Assembly: GCA_023439505.1 (NCBI GenBank)
Contig: JAEXNR010000051.1
Location: 35,367-99,366 of the forward strand
Direction: 5' to 3'
From: Bacillota bacterium
GTDB lineage: Bacteria; Bacillota; Clostridia; Lachnospirales; Lachnospiraceae
DNA: 64,000 nt
Shown: piece by piece, positions 1 through 8,604 of the stretch
Layout of the letters: every line of letters starts with the position of its first letter
Numbering within the stretch: the stretch's first letter is position 1
Program-made: the position numbers and the translations under genes
Notes under the pieces: generated by a model
Seen by the model: the letters and a program-made list of their open reading frames with translations, nothing else
Database searches by the model: none
What the model was told of the DNA's origin: nothing

Positions 1-1
1 G

Positions 2-2491
2 GGTGCGACGTTAACCCTGGGAGGGGTAGAATTTTACGGAGCAGACCAAAAATTGGAAATAAATGGAGGCAAGGACTTGCTTTTAACGGACAGTATGATT
101 TATAATGAAGGTACGCTTAACATTTATAACGGGGTCACCTTAAAGAATAACAGAGGCGGGCATCTTAGCAGTTTTGGCGGAGCAGTTTATAATAAAGGCA
201 GTTTGGTGATCACCGGTGGTGTGATTACGGGTAATCAGTCTAACATGGGTGGAGCGATTTATAATGATACGGGTAAGCTGTATCTTTATGGAGGAAGTAT
301 TAATCAAAACGAGGCCTCAACTTCAGGGGGAGCAATATTTAATAAAGACGGAATACTGGCAATTTATGGTACTACTATTACAGAAAACAAAGCAGTCAGT
401 TATGGCGGCGGAATAACCAATTATGGAGGTTCTTTAACCATCAGCGGTACTGTGGAAAGCAATAAATTCAATGGGATATCGACACCTGTGAACTCATCCG
501 GGAATAGGACAGTAATCGGAGCAAATACTTCTGAGGTTGGAGCAGGCATCTTTAACGCAGGTACGATGGTAATGGAAGGCGGTAATATTCAGAATAACAA
601 AGCCGATTCCAAAGGCGGAGCAATCATGAATACAGGGATACTTACCATGTCGGGTGGTTTGATATCAAGGAATGAAATTGGAAATATGAATTCGGTCACT
701 ACTTCCTGCGGCGGAGGAATATATAATGAAGGAAGTTTATCACTGATCGGAGGAACAATGGAAGTGAATAAGGCCAGAAGGGGTGGTGCGATTTATTCCA
801 TGATGTCACTGACACTCTCTGGTACGGCATCTATTCCAAGTGGATATGGATCTGAATATGCCAATGATATCTTTATGGGAGAACCCCTTATCATAGGAGC
901 TGATTGGACAGATAGTAAGACAATTTCCATTTCTACGGATTTCTACGGAGAAGATAAAAAGATTGTTGTGCTGCAAAAGAAAAATACGAAACCCATTAGT
1001 CAATGGATTAATCTGAAAGACGCACCTTATGGTTATTATCTGAAAGAGGATGGGACTCTGGCCTTTGATGCAAGCAAGAATCTGAAAATATGTTATGTAG
1101 ATGCCAGGTATGGAAATGATAAGAGTGGACTGGGAAGTATGTCAAGTCCATATCAGACAATTCAAAAGGCGGTAAGCGCCATAGAAACATCTTATATTAA
1201 GGGGTATATTTATCTTCAATCGGATATTACAATTCATACACCTCTGATTATTCGAAAAGATATTTCTATATTTACTGACCCCATTCTAAATGATGGCACG
1301 GAAAGTGAAATTAAGTGTTCTGATGACTTTCAGCCCTTAACCATTACCGAAGAGAGCAATGGAACGTTAGAAAAAATTAATATTAATGCCATGATTTGTA
1401 ACCTGGGAACCCTGAGCTTATTTAATCTGGATAAGTCAGATACAAAGATCCCTGCCATCAGTTTAAATGGTGCCGGAAAATGTGAAACTATCATTCTGAA
1501 TGATGGGTTGCTTATGATGTACAATAATTCTCAGCTTAAGGGCTGTAAATCGGCTGCAGTTAAAAATAATCGTACCTTCCATATGAATGGAGGAAGCATC
1601 AGTAAAAACTACGGATATGGAGTATATAATGACGGGTTGTTTCTTATGGATGGAAAAGGCCGGATCACAAATAATAAGAATACCGGTGTATATAATAACG
1701 CTATATTCCGCCTGACAGACGGAGAGATCAGCTTTAATTCCTCTGAGGATACAGGCGGAATTGCAAATCATGGAGTCTTTGAGATGAGTGGAGGGATTAT
1801 CTCAGACAATGATGGAAAATTGTGTGGTGGTATCTATATTGACAAAGACAAGGAAGGCAGATTGAGCGGAGGAACAATAAAAGAGAATGTTTCTTCCAGA
1901 ACATTTGGTAAAGGAATTTATTGTGATGCGGGTGCAAAACTGCATTTATCCGGAGATATTATGGTAGAACAGAAAAATGATATTTGTCTTGTCTACGATC
2001 CGGTCAATTTAAAATCATTTGGTATCATTATGGATGGAAAGCTAAAGGATACCAATTCTACCTTTCTCATTACAAGAAAAATAGTCAAAGATAATCAGCT
2101 CATAGATGATACCACTGCCGGAGATCAATTGTTATATCATGGCAGTAATTATGGTTTTACAAAAGAAGATGCGATGAAATTCCTATGTGCTACAACCGAC
2201 AGGAAGCAGAATCTATACTACTGTGTGAATGAGTATGGCAAATTGATTTGCAATATTGAGAATTTTACAGTTGCTGTTAAAGCTGATAAGATCTACTATG
2301 ATGGTAATCCCAAAAGTGTATCCTCCGTTAAAGTTACAAATGGTGATATTGAACTACACCAGTATGTTAATTATCAGGTGCGATATGAGAATAATATTAA
2401 GGCAGGAGATAAGGCAAAAATGATCATAGAAGGTATAAATAATTACACAGGAATGCAGACCTTATATTTTACAATATATCCGGTAAATTAG
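2..2491 (+). CDS. Large secreted/surface protein with GGAI(Y/F)N beta-helix repeats and a C-terminal Ig-like module; 5'-truncated by window edge
   Basis: Frame is open from base 2 (GATLTLGG...). Many GGA(I/V)YN/GGGI repeats, a YVD..GND...GS..SPY.TIQ.A motif and a C-terminal YDG..K...Y.V.Y.NN...G.A...I.G.NNY.G.....F.I module. Confidence 0.75.
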   Translation, partial: GATLTLGGVEFYGADQKLEINGGKDLLLTDSMIYNEGTLNIYNGVTLKNNRGGHLSSFGGAVYNKGSLVITGGVITGNQSNMGGAIYNDTGKLYLYGGSINQNEASTSGGAIFNKDGILAIYGTTITENKAVSYGGGITNYGGSLTISGTVESNKFNGISTPVNSSGNRTVIGANTSEVGAGIFNAGTMVMEGGNIQNNKADSKGGAIMNTGILTMSGGLISRNEIGNMNSVTTSCGGGIYNEGSLSLIGGTMEVNKARRGGAIYSMMSLTLSGTASIPSGYGSEYANDIFMGEPLIIGADWTDSKTISISTDFYGEDKKIVVLQKKNTKPISQWINLKDAPYGYYLKEDGTLAFDASKNLKICYVDARYGNDKSGLGSMSSPYQTIQKAVSAIETSYIKGYIYLQSDITIHTPLIIRKDISIFTDPILNDGTESEIKCSDDFQPLTITEESNGTLEKININAMICNLGTLSLFNLDKSDTKIPAISLNGAGKCETIILNDGLLMMYNNSQLKGCKSAAVKNNRTFHMNGGSISKNYGYGVYNDGLFLMDGKGRITNNKNTGVYNNAIFRLTDGEISFNSSEDTGGIANHGVFEMSGGIISDNDGKLCGGIYIDKDKEGRLSGGTIKENVSSRTFGKGIYCDAGAKLHLSGDIMVEQKNDICLVYDPVNLKSFGIIMDGKLKDTNSTFLITRKIVKDNQLIDDTTAGDQLLYHGSNYGFTKEDAMKFLCATTDRKQNLYYCVNEYGKLICNIENFTVAVKADKIYYDGNPKSVSSVKVTNGDIELHQYVNYQVRYENNIKAGDKAKMIIEGINNYTGMQTLYFTIYPVN

Positions 2492-2543
2492 AAGGATAAT
2501 TATTTGTGATTAAACCGATAAGACGTTTTCCTGTAAGAAATGT

Positions 2544-2582
2544 AAAACACCTTGAACTGTGCGCTGCAGTCCAAGGTGTTTT
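2544..2582. terminator. Bidirectional intrinsic terminator
   Basis: AAAACACCTTGAACTG-loop-CAGTCCAAGGTGTTTT between convergent genes. Confidence 0.75.
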
Positions 2583-2586
2583 CTCT

Positions 2587-2625
2587 GTGCGCCTCTCAGG
2601 CGTACTTCAATCGGGTCTCACGATC
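2587..2625 (+). mobile_element. Possible degenerate 5' fragment of a group IIC intron
   Basis: GTGCGCC-TCTCA-GGCGTAC-N6-CGGGT starts 4 nt after a terminator stem/T-run; resembles IIC intron 5' ends and their target preference. No RT ORF or domain V seen. Confidence 0.35.
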
Positions 2626-2699
2626 TAATATTAGGTTTAGGGTAAGAAGCTAACCGGTATAAGCAGTAGGTTTTAAGATTTGACGGTGGCGGTCAAAAC

Positions 2700-3473
2700 T
2701 TATTTTGTCCATTCCGGATTAATAATTGGAGGTGCGGGTTTCATGTTATCGTGAGAGTGAGGAGCTCCGTTACACCAGCTGACCTGTTGTTTCTGAAGTA
2801 ATTTCATGCAGATAAATACAACGGACTTGTCGGTGAATTCCTGGAAGACTTCTTCGTTCGGGAAGCCTTCAATCGGTGTTCCGCAATTGTCGATATCGGC
2901 ATCAAATACAGCCGACCATAAAAGTTCACAATAGACAGGCTCATTAAATATTTCAATATTTGATCTGTCTGCTTCTCTGATGTTTTTACCCATTCTCTGT
3001 TCATCAAAATATCTGGCGACCATTGACGGAAGATTAGGAGTAACCTGCGGATGTTCTCCCTTAAAATCAACTCTGGTATAAGCCTTGAATGGTACATGAA
3101 CGGTAGTATCTTTAATGCTTCCGCCGATTGCACTACCTCTTGAACAAGTCTTAACTGCGTATTCAATATTTTTTCTGATATAACCTTCTATGAATACTTT
3201 GTCAGTCGGAGGAATGTATCTGGACTGTGTTAAAAAGACCTGTTTTTCAATTCGTTTGATTTCATATGTGGGCTCATTTAGCTTGATTTTCGACTCGGAA
3301 TCTATCTGAATGACGAATTCGGCAAGTACTTTGGGGATTTTATAATCTCCGCCACACCAAGGAAAATTTTCTGCCCTGGAAAGTGTATCGGCATTTAAAA
3401 CCGCAGCATCACATTCATTGTGGCAAACATTACAATTGTCAATATTTTTATCATCTTTAAAATTATTATACAT
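2700..3473 (-). CDS. CsxC-like spore coat/exosporium protein
   Basis: KIP.VLAEF..QID.ES.I.L.EP..EIKRI.K...LTQ and FI.GYIRKNI.YA motifs; FNE..YCEL; GGAGG RBS. Confidence 0.7.
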   Translation of the reverse strand: MYNNFKDDKNIDNCNVCHNECDAAVLNADTLSRAENFPWCGGDYKIPKVLAEFVIQIDSESKIKLNEPTYEIKRIEKQVFLTQSRYIPPTDKVFIEGYIRKNIEYAVKTCSRGSAIGGSIKDTTVHVPFKAYTRVDFKGEHPQVTPNLPSMVARYFDEQRMGKNIREADRSNIEIFNEPVYCELLWSAVFDADIDNCGTPIEGFPNEEVFQEFTDKSVVFICMKLLQKQQVSWCNGAPHSHDNMKPAPPIINPEWTK

Positions 3474-3645
3474 ATTTTTTCCTCCTTCAATTTATGGCAT
3501 TCCCAATATTCTCTTGGTGGCCTAATATATATTATTCGTTCTGATACAAAATGTGACAGTATATGAGCTGATAATATTTATAACACCAAAAAACGTCAGA
3601 ATTCGCTTTAAAAGGAGAATTATTGAAATAGAGGAACGGAGCAGG

Positions 3646-3993
3646 CTAAAGGCGAGCTTTTTTTGAATTATCTTTCAAAATATGATTCAATATTGTGATG
3701 ATGAAAGCAGCAAGCAGTGAATTAAGAAATCCCCCCATTGTGATTTGTGGGACGAAATGATCTGCCAGCATAATGGTCCAGGAATTAATCACCAGGCCAA
3801 ATAAGCCAAGTGTTATGATACTGATCGGTAAGGTAATGAGTAAAAGCAGGGGTTTAAGCAGGATATTAACGAGTAGAAGCACCAATCCCATAACAAACAG
3901 AGAGGAAATAGCTTCAATCACCACGGTATCAATCACCTTGGATAATAGATAAATTGTTATAATTATGGATAAATATTTTGATATAAGTCTCAC
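3646..3993 (-). CDS. 4-TM phage-holin-family (YvlD-like) membrane protein
   Basis: N.LLKPLL.LITLPI.IITLGLF.LVIN signature; GTG start with GGAGG RBS. Confidence 0.8.
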   Translation of the reverse strand: MRLISKYLSIIITIYLLSKVIDTVVIEAISSLFVMGLVLLLVNILLKPLLLLITLPISIITLGLFGLVINSWTIMLADHFVPQITMGGFLNSLLAAFIITILNHILKDNSKKARL

Positions 3994-4018
3994 GGTTTTG
4001 CCTCCATATGGTTTGTGC

Positions 4019-4330
4019 TTACAGCACTCTGATCGTGATGGTCACTTTGTCAGTACGGATACCGACGAGTTCATAGGGACCGGAATCCGTAACAGAATCA
4101 AATAATCTCATTAACGCTTGAATCAGGTTTCTTAAAGCAGGAACAGAAATAACGGAAGGCGAGGAAGTGGATTTCTTTGGATGAACTATACTGATGAGCA
4201 GGAGCAGGTCAAGAAAACAATCCATGATTTCCTGAATTACAAAGATAGGAATGGGAAATCCTATCAGTTTGCGATCTGTCAACTGTAACCTGATCCATAA
4301 CAGAGGAAAATGTTTAATCCACATATACAT
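4019..4330 (-). CDS. Small hypothetical protein in the DUF2089 operon
   Basis: 103-aa ORF overlapping the upstream gene; FPIP.F hydrophobic segment and C-terminal LV.I.TDKVTI.I. Confidence 0.6.
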   Translation of the reverse strand: MYMWIKHFPLLWIRLQLTDRKLIGFPIPIFVIQEIMDCFLDLLLLISIVHPKKSTSSPSVISVPALRNLIQALMRLFDSVTDSGPYELVGIRTDKVTITIRVL

Positions 4331-4757
4331 GCACCTTAATCATTGCTTTGTGACCTTCATCCCATGCCTCAACCTCTACGATATTTGGATCGTCCAGGGT
4401 TCCGTTAATGATTTCTTCAATGATACTTGCATAATTGATATTTGTAATATCAATCCCTTTTGCTTCTATTTCTCTTCTGGCATCAGCGGGTACGAAAGAT
4501 GTCATCTTATCTGCTATTTCTCCAATGGTTGTCAAAAGACGAAGAGGAACATTAACATTTACATTCACTGATTGATCGTTGGAAGTTACTCTCACTTTTA
4601 GAAACTTATAATTGTTTCTGAACTTCACCGGACTGGTTTGCAGCGGGATATTTTCTTCCACTCTGGACAAATTCAGTGCTTCTAATAAATCCATGCCCTC
4701 TGATGCTGAGATCTGTCCTTTTTCAACCATTTCTAAAATTTTCAATTGTTCGCTCAT
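4314..4757 (-). CDS. SHOCT-like domain protein (YvlB/LiaX N-terminus-like)
   Basis: Start reassigned to ATG 4757 (GGAGGG RBS); E.LKILEMVEKGQISASEG.DLLEAL helix pair; V.VNVPL.L C-terminal domain. Confidence 0.75.
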   Translation of the reverse strand: MSEQLKILEMVEKGQISASEGMDLLEALNLSRVEENIPLQTSPVKFRNNYKFLKVRVTSNDQSVNVNVNVPLRLLTTIGEIADKMTSFVPADARREIEAKGIDITNINYASIIEEIINGTLDDPNIVEVEAWDEGHKAMIKVHVYVD

Positions 4758-4839
4758 AAGAACCCTCCATCCGCCGCTTAAGCGGCACAATATTATGAAA
4801 CACTTTCTGAAAACATATACCCGTACTCCCCCATGGGGA

Positions 4840-5229
4840 TTACAGGCTTTTAATCCGTTCTGTAGCTTCTTTTGCCGAAATTTCTCCCTTTGAAAGCAGT
4901 TCAAGAATTTCGTTCTTTGCGGATTCTTTCTGCTCTTTTTCTTTCACAGAATCTTTTGAGATAACCTCAAATCCCAACCCCTTGATCACCGTATCAAGTT
5001 TGCTGCGTACGGTAGGATAGGAAATACCCATTTCTTTTTCGACGTCCTTAATATTTCCCCTGCATTTGATAAATACCTTTACGAAGTTAAGATCGTCTTC
5101 CGGGAGACGGCAGAATTCGCAGGGCTGAAAATTTCCTTCGATTGCGGTGGAACATTTCGGGCAGCCGAGCTTTGTAATAATAAGTTTTTCTCCGCAAACG
5201 GGACACATGCCCGGTGCTTTGTATTTCAT
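4840..5229 (-). CDS. DUF2089-family protein (Zn ribbon, HTH, SHOCT-like tail)
   Basis: CPVCG...L.C..C.T.IEG.F; GNIK.VEKE.GISYPTVR.KLD; ILELL.KGEISA.EA. Confidence 0.85.
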   Translation of the reverse strand: MKYKAPGMCPVCGEKLIITKLGCPKCSTAIEGNFQPCEFCRLPEDDLNFVKVFIKCRGNIKDVEKEMGISYPTVRSKLDTVIKGLGFEVISKDSVKEKEQKESAKNEILELLSKGEISAKEATERIKSL

Positions 5230-5263
5230 ATTTTTCACCAACCTGTTATATTATGATAGTTAT

Positions 5264-5335
5264 AATATATCGCTATTACTTAAATATGTCAATAATAAAA
5301 TTAATAATATTAATATAAACATTAATAATATTAAT
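5264..5335 (-). promoter_or_regulatory. SigA promoter of the DUF2089 operon plus two upstream ATTAAT-N3-ATTAAT boxes
   Basis: TTGACA (5292-5287)-17 bp-TATATT (5269-5264); identical 15-mers at 5300-5314 and 5321-5335. Confidence 0.65.
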
Positions 5336-5553
5336 TATTGAATTTATTATATTGATTGAGATGTTTGATTTGATACGGACTTGCAACGAATCCTGTCGTG
5401 ATTAACAATGCCCAATATTTGTCGAATAATAAAAATATTCCTCATCTTCCAAATTATGATTCATTATGATACAATACAGATGTATTTTACAGAGGATTTT
5501 TGGCATAAATGTCAAAAAGGCAAGATGAATTGCCGGGGTTAGGAGAGAAGCAT

Positions 5554-6726
5554 ATGCAATTTTCAAAGAGAATGGATCAATTTGGAGACAGTATATTTGC
5601 CAAATTGCTGGAGATAAAACATAGGAAAGTAGAAAATGGGGAACCTGTGATTGATTTAAGTATCGGTACACCCAATATTCCACCGTCCAAACATATTATG
5701 GATGCACTTTGTGCTGCAGCTGCGGATGAGAGAAATTATGTCTATGCCATTAACGATCAGAATGCTTTGCTGGATGCAGTCAGCTATTGGTATAAAAAGA
5801 GATATAATGTGGAACTGAATCCGAAAACAGAAATATGTTCCCTGTTAGGTTCCCAGGAGGGATTTGCACATGTTGCCATGACGTTAGTGAATGAAGACGA
5901 TCTGGTACTGGTACCGGATCCCTGTTATCCCATCTTTGCAGACGGACCGAAGATGGTTGGTGCAAATTTATACTATATGCCACAGAAGGAAGAAAACAAT
6001 TATCTCATTCAATTATCGGATATTCCGCAAGAGATTGCTAACCGGGCGAAGCTGATGATTGTTTCCTATCCGAATAATCCCACTGCGGTAATGGCGCCGG
6101 ATTGTTTCTATCATGAACTGATTGCGTTTGCCAGAAAATATGATATTGTAGTACTTTATGATAACGCATACAGCGAGCTGGTATTTGATAATAAAAGGTG
6201 TGAGAGTTTTCTGTCCTATCCGGGAGCCAGAGAAGTAGGGGTAGAATTTAATTCTCTTTCTAAAACCTATGGACTTGCCGGTGCAAGAATCGGTTTTTGC
6301 CTGGGGAATCACGAAATTGTGGCGAAGTTAAAGATGGTGAAATCCAACCTTGATTATGGAATGTTTATTCCTATCCAAAAAGCTGCCATTGCAGCTGTTA
6401 CCGGAAATCAAAACTGTGTGAAAGAAACCAGAAATGCCTATGAGATTCGTAGAAATGTTCTTTGCAACGGATTAAACGCAATTGGATGGAAGGTTGACAA
6501 ATCGGAAGCAACCATGTTTGTATGGGCGAAAATTCCAAAAGGGTATTCAGATTGTGCATCATTTGCCATGGAATTGGTGGAACGTGCCGGAGTTCTTGTA
6601 ACACCGGGCAGTGCATTCGGACCGTCTGGAGAAGGATTTGTAAGAATTGCTCTGGTTCAGGGAGAAGAGACTCTAAACCGCGCGGTGAATGCAATTAAGG
6701 AAAGCAAAATTTTAATCAGGGAGTAA
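5554..6726 (+). CDS. Class I/II PLP-dependent aminotransferase (LL-diaminopimelate aminotransferase-like)
   Basis: YPNNPT, DNAYSE, SLSKTY...GAR.G, PGSAFG.SGEGFVRI motifs; start at ATG 5554 after AGGAGAG. Confidence 0.85.
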   Translation: MQFSKRMDQFGDSIFAKLLEIKHRKVENGEPVIDLSIGTPNIPPSKHIMDALCAAAADERNYVYAINDQNALLDAVSYWYKKRYNVELNPKTEICSLLGSQEGFAHVAMTLVNEDDLVLVPDPCYPIFADGPKMVGANLYYMPQKEENNYLIQLSDIPQEIANRAKLMIVSYPNNPTAVMAPDCFYHELIAFARKYDIVVLYDNAYSELVFDNKRCESFLSYPGAREVGVEFNSLSKTYGLAGARIGFCLGNHEIVAKLKMVKSNLDYGMFIPIQKAAIAAVTGNQNCVKETRNAYEIRRNVLCNGLNAIGWKVDKSEATMFVWAKIPKGYSDCASFAMELVERAGVLVTPGSAFGPSGEGFVRIALVQGEETLNRAVNAIKESKILIRE

Positions 6727-6736
6727 TGAAGTACTG

Positions 6737-6886
6737 AGAAACAGGATAGATAAGAACAGGATAGATAAGAACAGGATAGATAGGAGCAGGATAATTAAGA
6801 AACAGGATAGATAAGAACAGAATTGATAGGAGCAGGATAATTAAGAAACAGGATAGACAGGAACAGAATATTAGAATAGGACAATT
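6737..6886. repeat. ~15-bp purine-rich tandem repeat (~10 units, consensus AAGAACAGGATAGAT) with ~46-bp higher-order duplication
   Basis: Units read directly from sequence at 6737, 6752, 6767, 6782, 6797, 6813, 6828, 6843, 6859. Confidence 0.9.
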
Positions 6887-7081
6887 GGAAAAAGAAATGA
6901 GTATGGTCTTAACGGAATAAGTTCTCTGGGAAGACCTTTTTCTATTTCTGTGGAACACTATAATACGCATGATCCGAAGGATCCTGCACATAATAGTCAG
7001 GAAACAGGATAATTTTTCAAATATACAGTCAAACATCTTTATTTGATCATAACAAAAGGAAGATTCTGAAGGAGGACCGTT

Positions 7082-8563
7082 ATGGGGTTTCGACAAAAGC
7101 ATGGGTACCTGATCATTGGTATGGTGCTGCTGTTGTTTGTTACAGCATGTTCCGCTCATCCGGGTGAAAAAAATGAATTACCTGAGAATGAGGTGAATTT
7201 ACAAGGCACCGGTTTTCAAAATCTTGAATTGCCTGACCATTACAATATCCGGCAATTTGAGGGTTTGACATTGAATTTTATTGTTGAGAATAATTTGTAT
7301 GCGAATATCCTGACCCATGAAAGTGAGGAATTTTCAGAGATCACCGGTATCAACATCAACATAAAGGCGGTTGATTTTGATACGTTGATACAGAAGGTGA
7401 ATTTGGATTTTATTACACAGTCAGGGAAATACCAGATCATATATGTGGATCCCTATCAAACCTTAAACCGGTTTTATGATTGTCTTGAAATTCTGGATCC
7501 CTATAATAAGGCGAAGGATCAGCCTCATATTATTGGTTTTCTTGATGACTTTATAGACTTTCAGACAGAAGTATGTTCTTATTTTATGAACAAAAATCAG
7601 GCCTATACGATTCCTTTTGACAGTACCACGATGATCCTTTATTATCGCAAGGATATTATTGATCAATATAAGAATGCGTTTCAACAGGATATGGGATATG
7701 ATCCCACCCCCGGTACGAAAGATTTTACCTGGGAAAGATATTGTGAGGTTGCCAAATGGATTAACGAGAATGTCCCCAATGAGGAAGTCATGTATGGAAG
7801 CGGGGTAATGGCACAGGAGCATAATTCCATCTTTTGTGAATTTTCCAATATTTTGGATGCTTATGGCGGCGATTATTTTCAGGACAAGAATATAGACACT
7901 TTGGGCACAAGGGATTATCAACTGGTCAATGCCCTGGATGAAAATTTTATTCAGGCTCTGGATATGTATAAAAAGGTGGTGGATGTATCTGCTCCGGAAA
8001 GTGTAAACTGGAATTGGACGGACGCGGCCACAGCTTTTCGGAACGGGGAGATTGCCATGATGGCCAATTGGGATGAGAATTATACCTATGTGGAAGATAA
8101 GATTTTATCCAAGGTGGCCGGTAAGGTAGGATATGCGATCTTACCCTATGGGGATACGAAAAGCGGCAATATCTATGGCGGTTCCGGAATCGGAATTAAT
8201 AAATATGCTTCCGAGAAGGAGAAAAAAGCAGCATGGCTTTATATCGTCTGGGCTACCTCGAAGGAGATGCAGTTAAAGGTATTGCTGCATCCGGAAGGAG
8301 GGAGCTTACCCACCAGAAAATCTGTATATGACCAGTTGTCCATAGATAGGAATGATCTTAATTCCACTACAAATTCAGATTTTTTACTTAAGCATATGAA
8401 AGCAGTTTTAATGGCCTGGGATCCGGACAATCTTTATCTAAGACCAAAGATTTCTAACTTTTATGATGTGGAGAAGGTTTTGACTCATCATTTGCACCAA
8501 ATGATTGCGAACAACCTGGATAGTCATACGGTCAGTGTACAGATTGATATGGATCTGAAGTAG
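7082..8563 (+). CDS. Family 1 extracellular sugar-binding lipoprotein (probable sensory SBP)
   Basis: Lipobox VTAC; LYYRKD, TW..Y.EVA, GGSGIGINK motifs; directly upstream of the kinase gene. Confidence 0.85.
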   Translation: MGFRQKHGYLIIGMVLLLFVTACSAHPGEKNELPENEVNLQGTGFQNLELPDHYNIRQFEGLTLNFIVENNLYANILTHESEEFSEITGININIKAVDFDTLIQKVNLDFITQSGKYQIIYVDPYQTLNRFYDCLEILDPYNKAKDQPHIIGFLDDFIDFQTEVCSYFMNKNQAYTIPFDSTTMILYYRKDIIDQYKNAFQQDMGYDPTPGTKDFTWERYCEVAKWINENVPNEEVMYGSGVMAQEHNSIFCEFSNILDAYGGDYFQDKNIDTLGTRDYQLVNALDENFIQALDMYKKVVDVSAPESVNWNWTDAATAFRNGEIAMMANWDENYTYVEDKILSKVAGKVGYAILPYGDTKSGNIYGGSGIGINKYASEKEKKAAWLYIVWATSKEMQLKVLLHPEGGSLPTRKSVYDQLSIDRNDLNSTTNSDFLLKHMKAVLMAWDPDNLYLRPKISNFYDVEKVLTHHLHQMIANNLDSHTVSVQIDMDLK

Positions 8564-8604
8564 TACGGTGCAATGTTACGAAGTCAGGAGGAACGTGGAT
8601 AGCA

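Noticed and set aside
3646..3993. Prophage lysis gene
   Set aside because: No endolysin, integrase or structural phage genes nearby; the family is common in chromosomal stress operons.
5147..5341. ORF ending in NININININY
   Set aside because: Translation artefact of the AT-rich promoter repeats; overlaps DUF2089 antisense.
6737..6886. CRISPR array
   Set aside because: Units are contiguous ~15-mers with no unique spacers; no cas genes in the window.
6716..7159. 147-aa minus-strand ORF with YPVLI repeats
   Set aside because: Arises from the minisatellite and overlaps real genes antisense.
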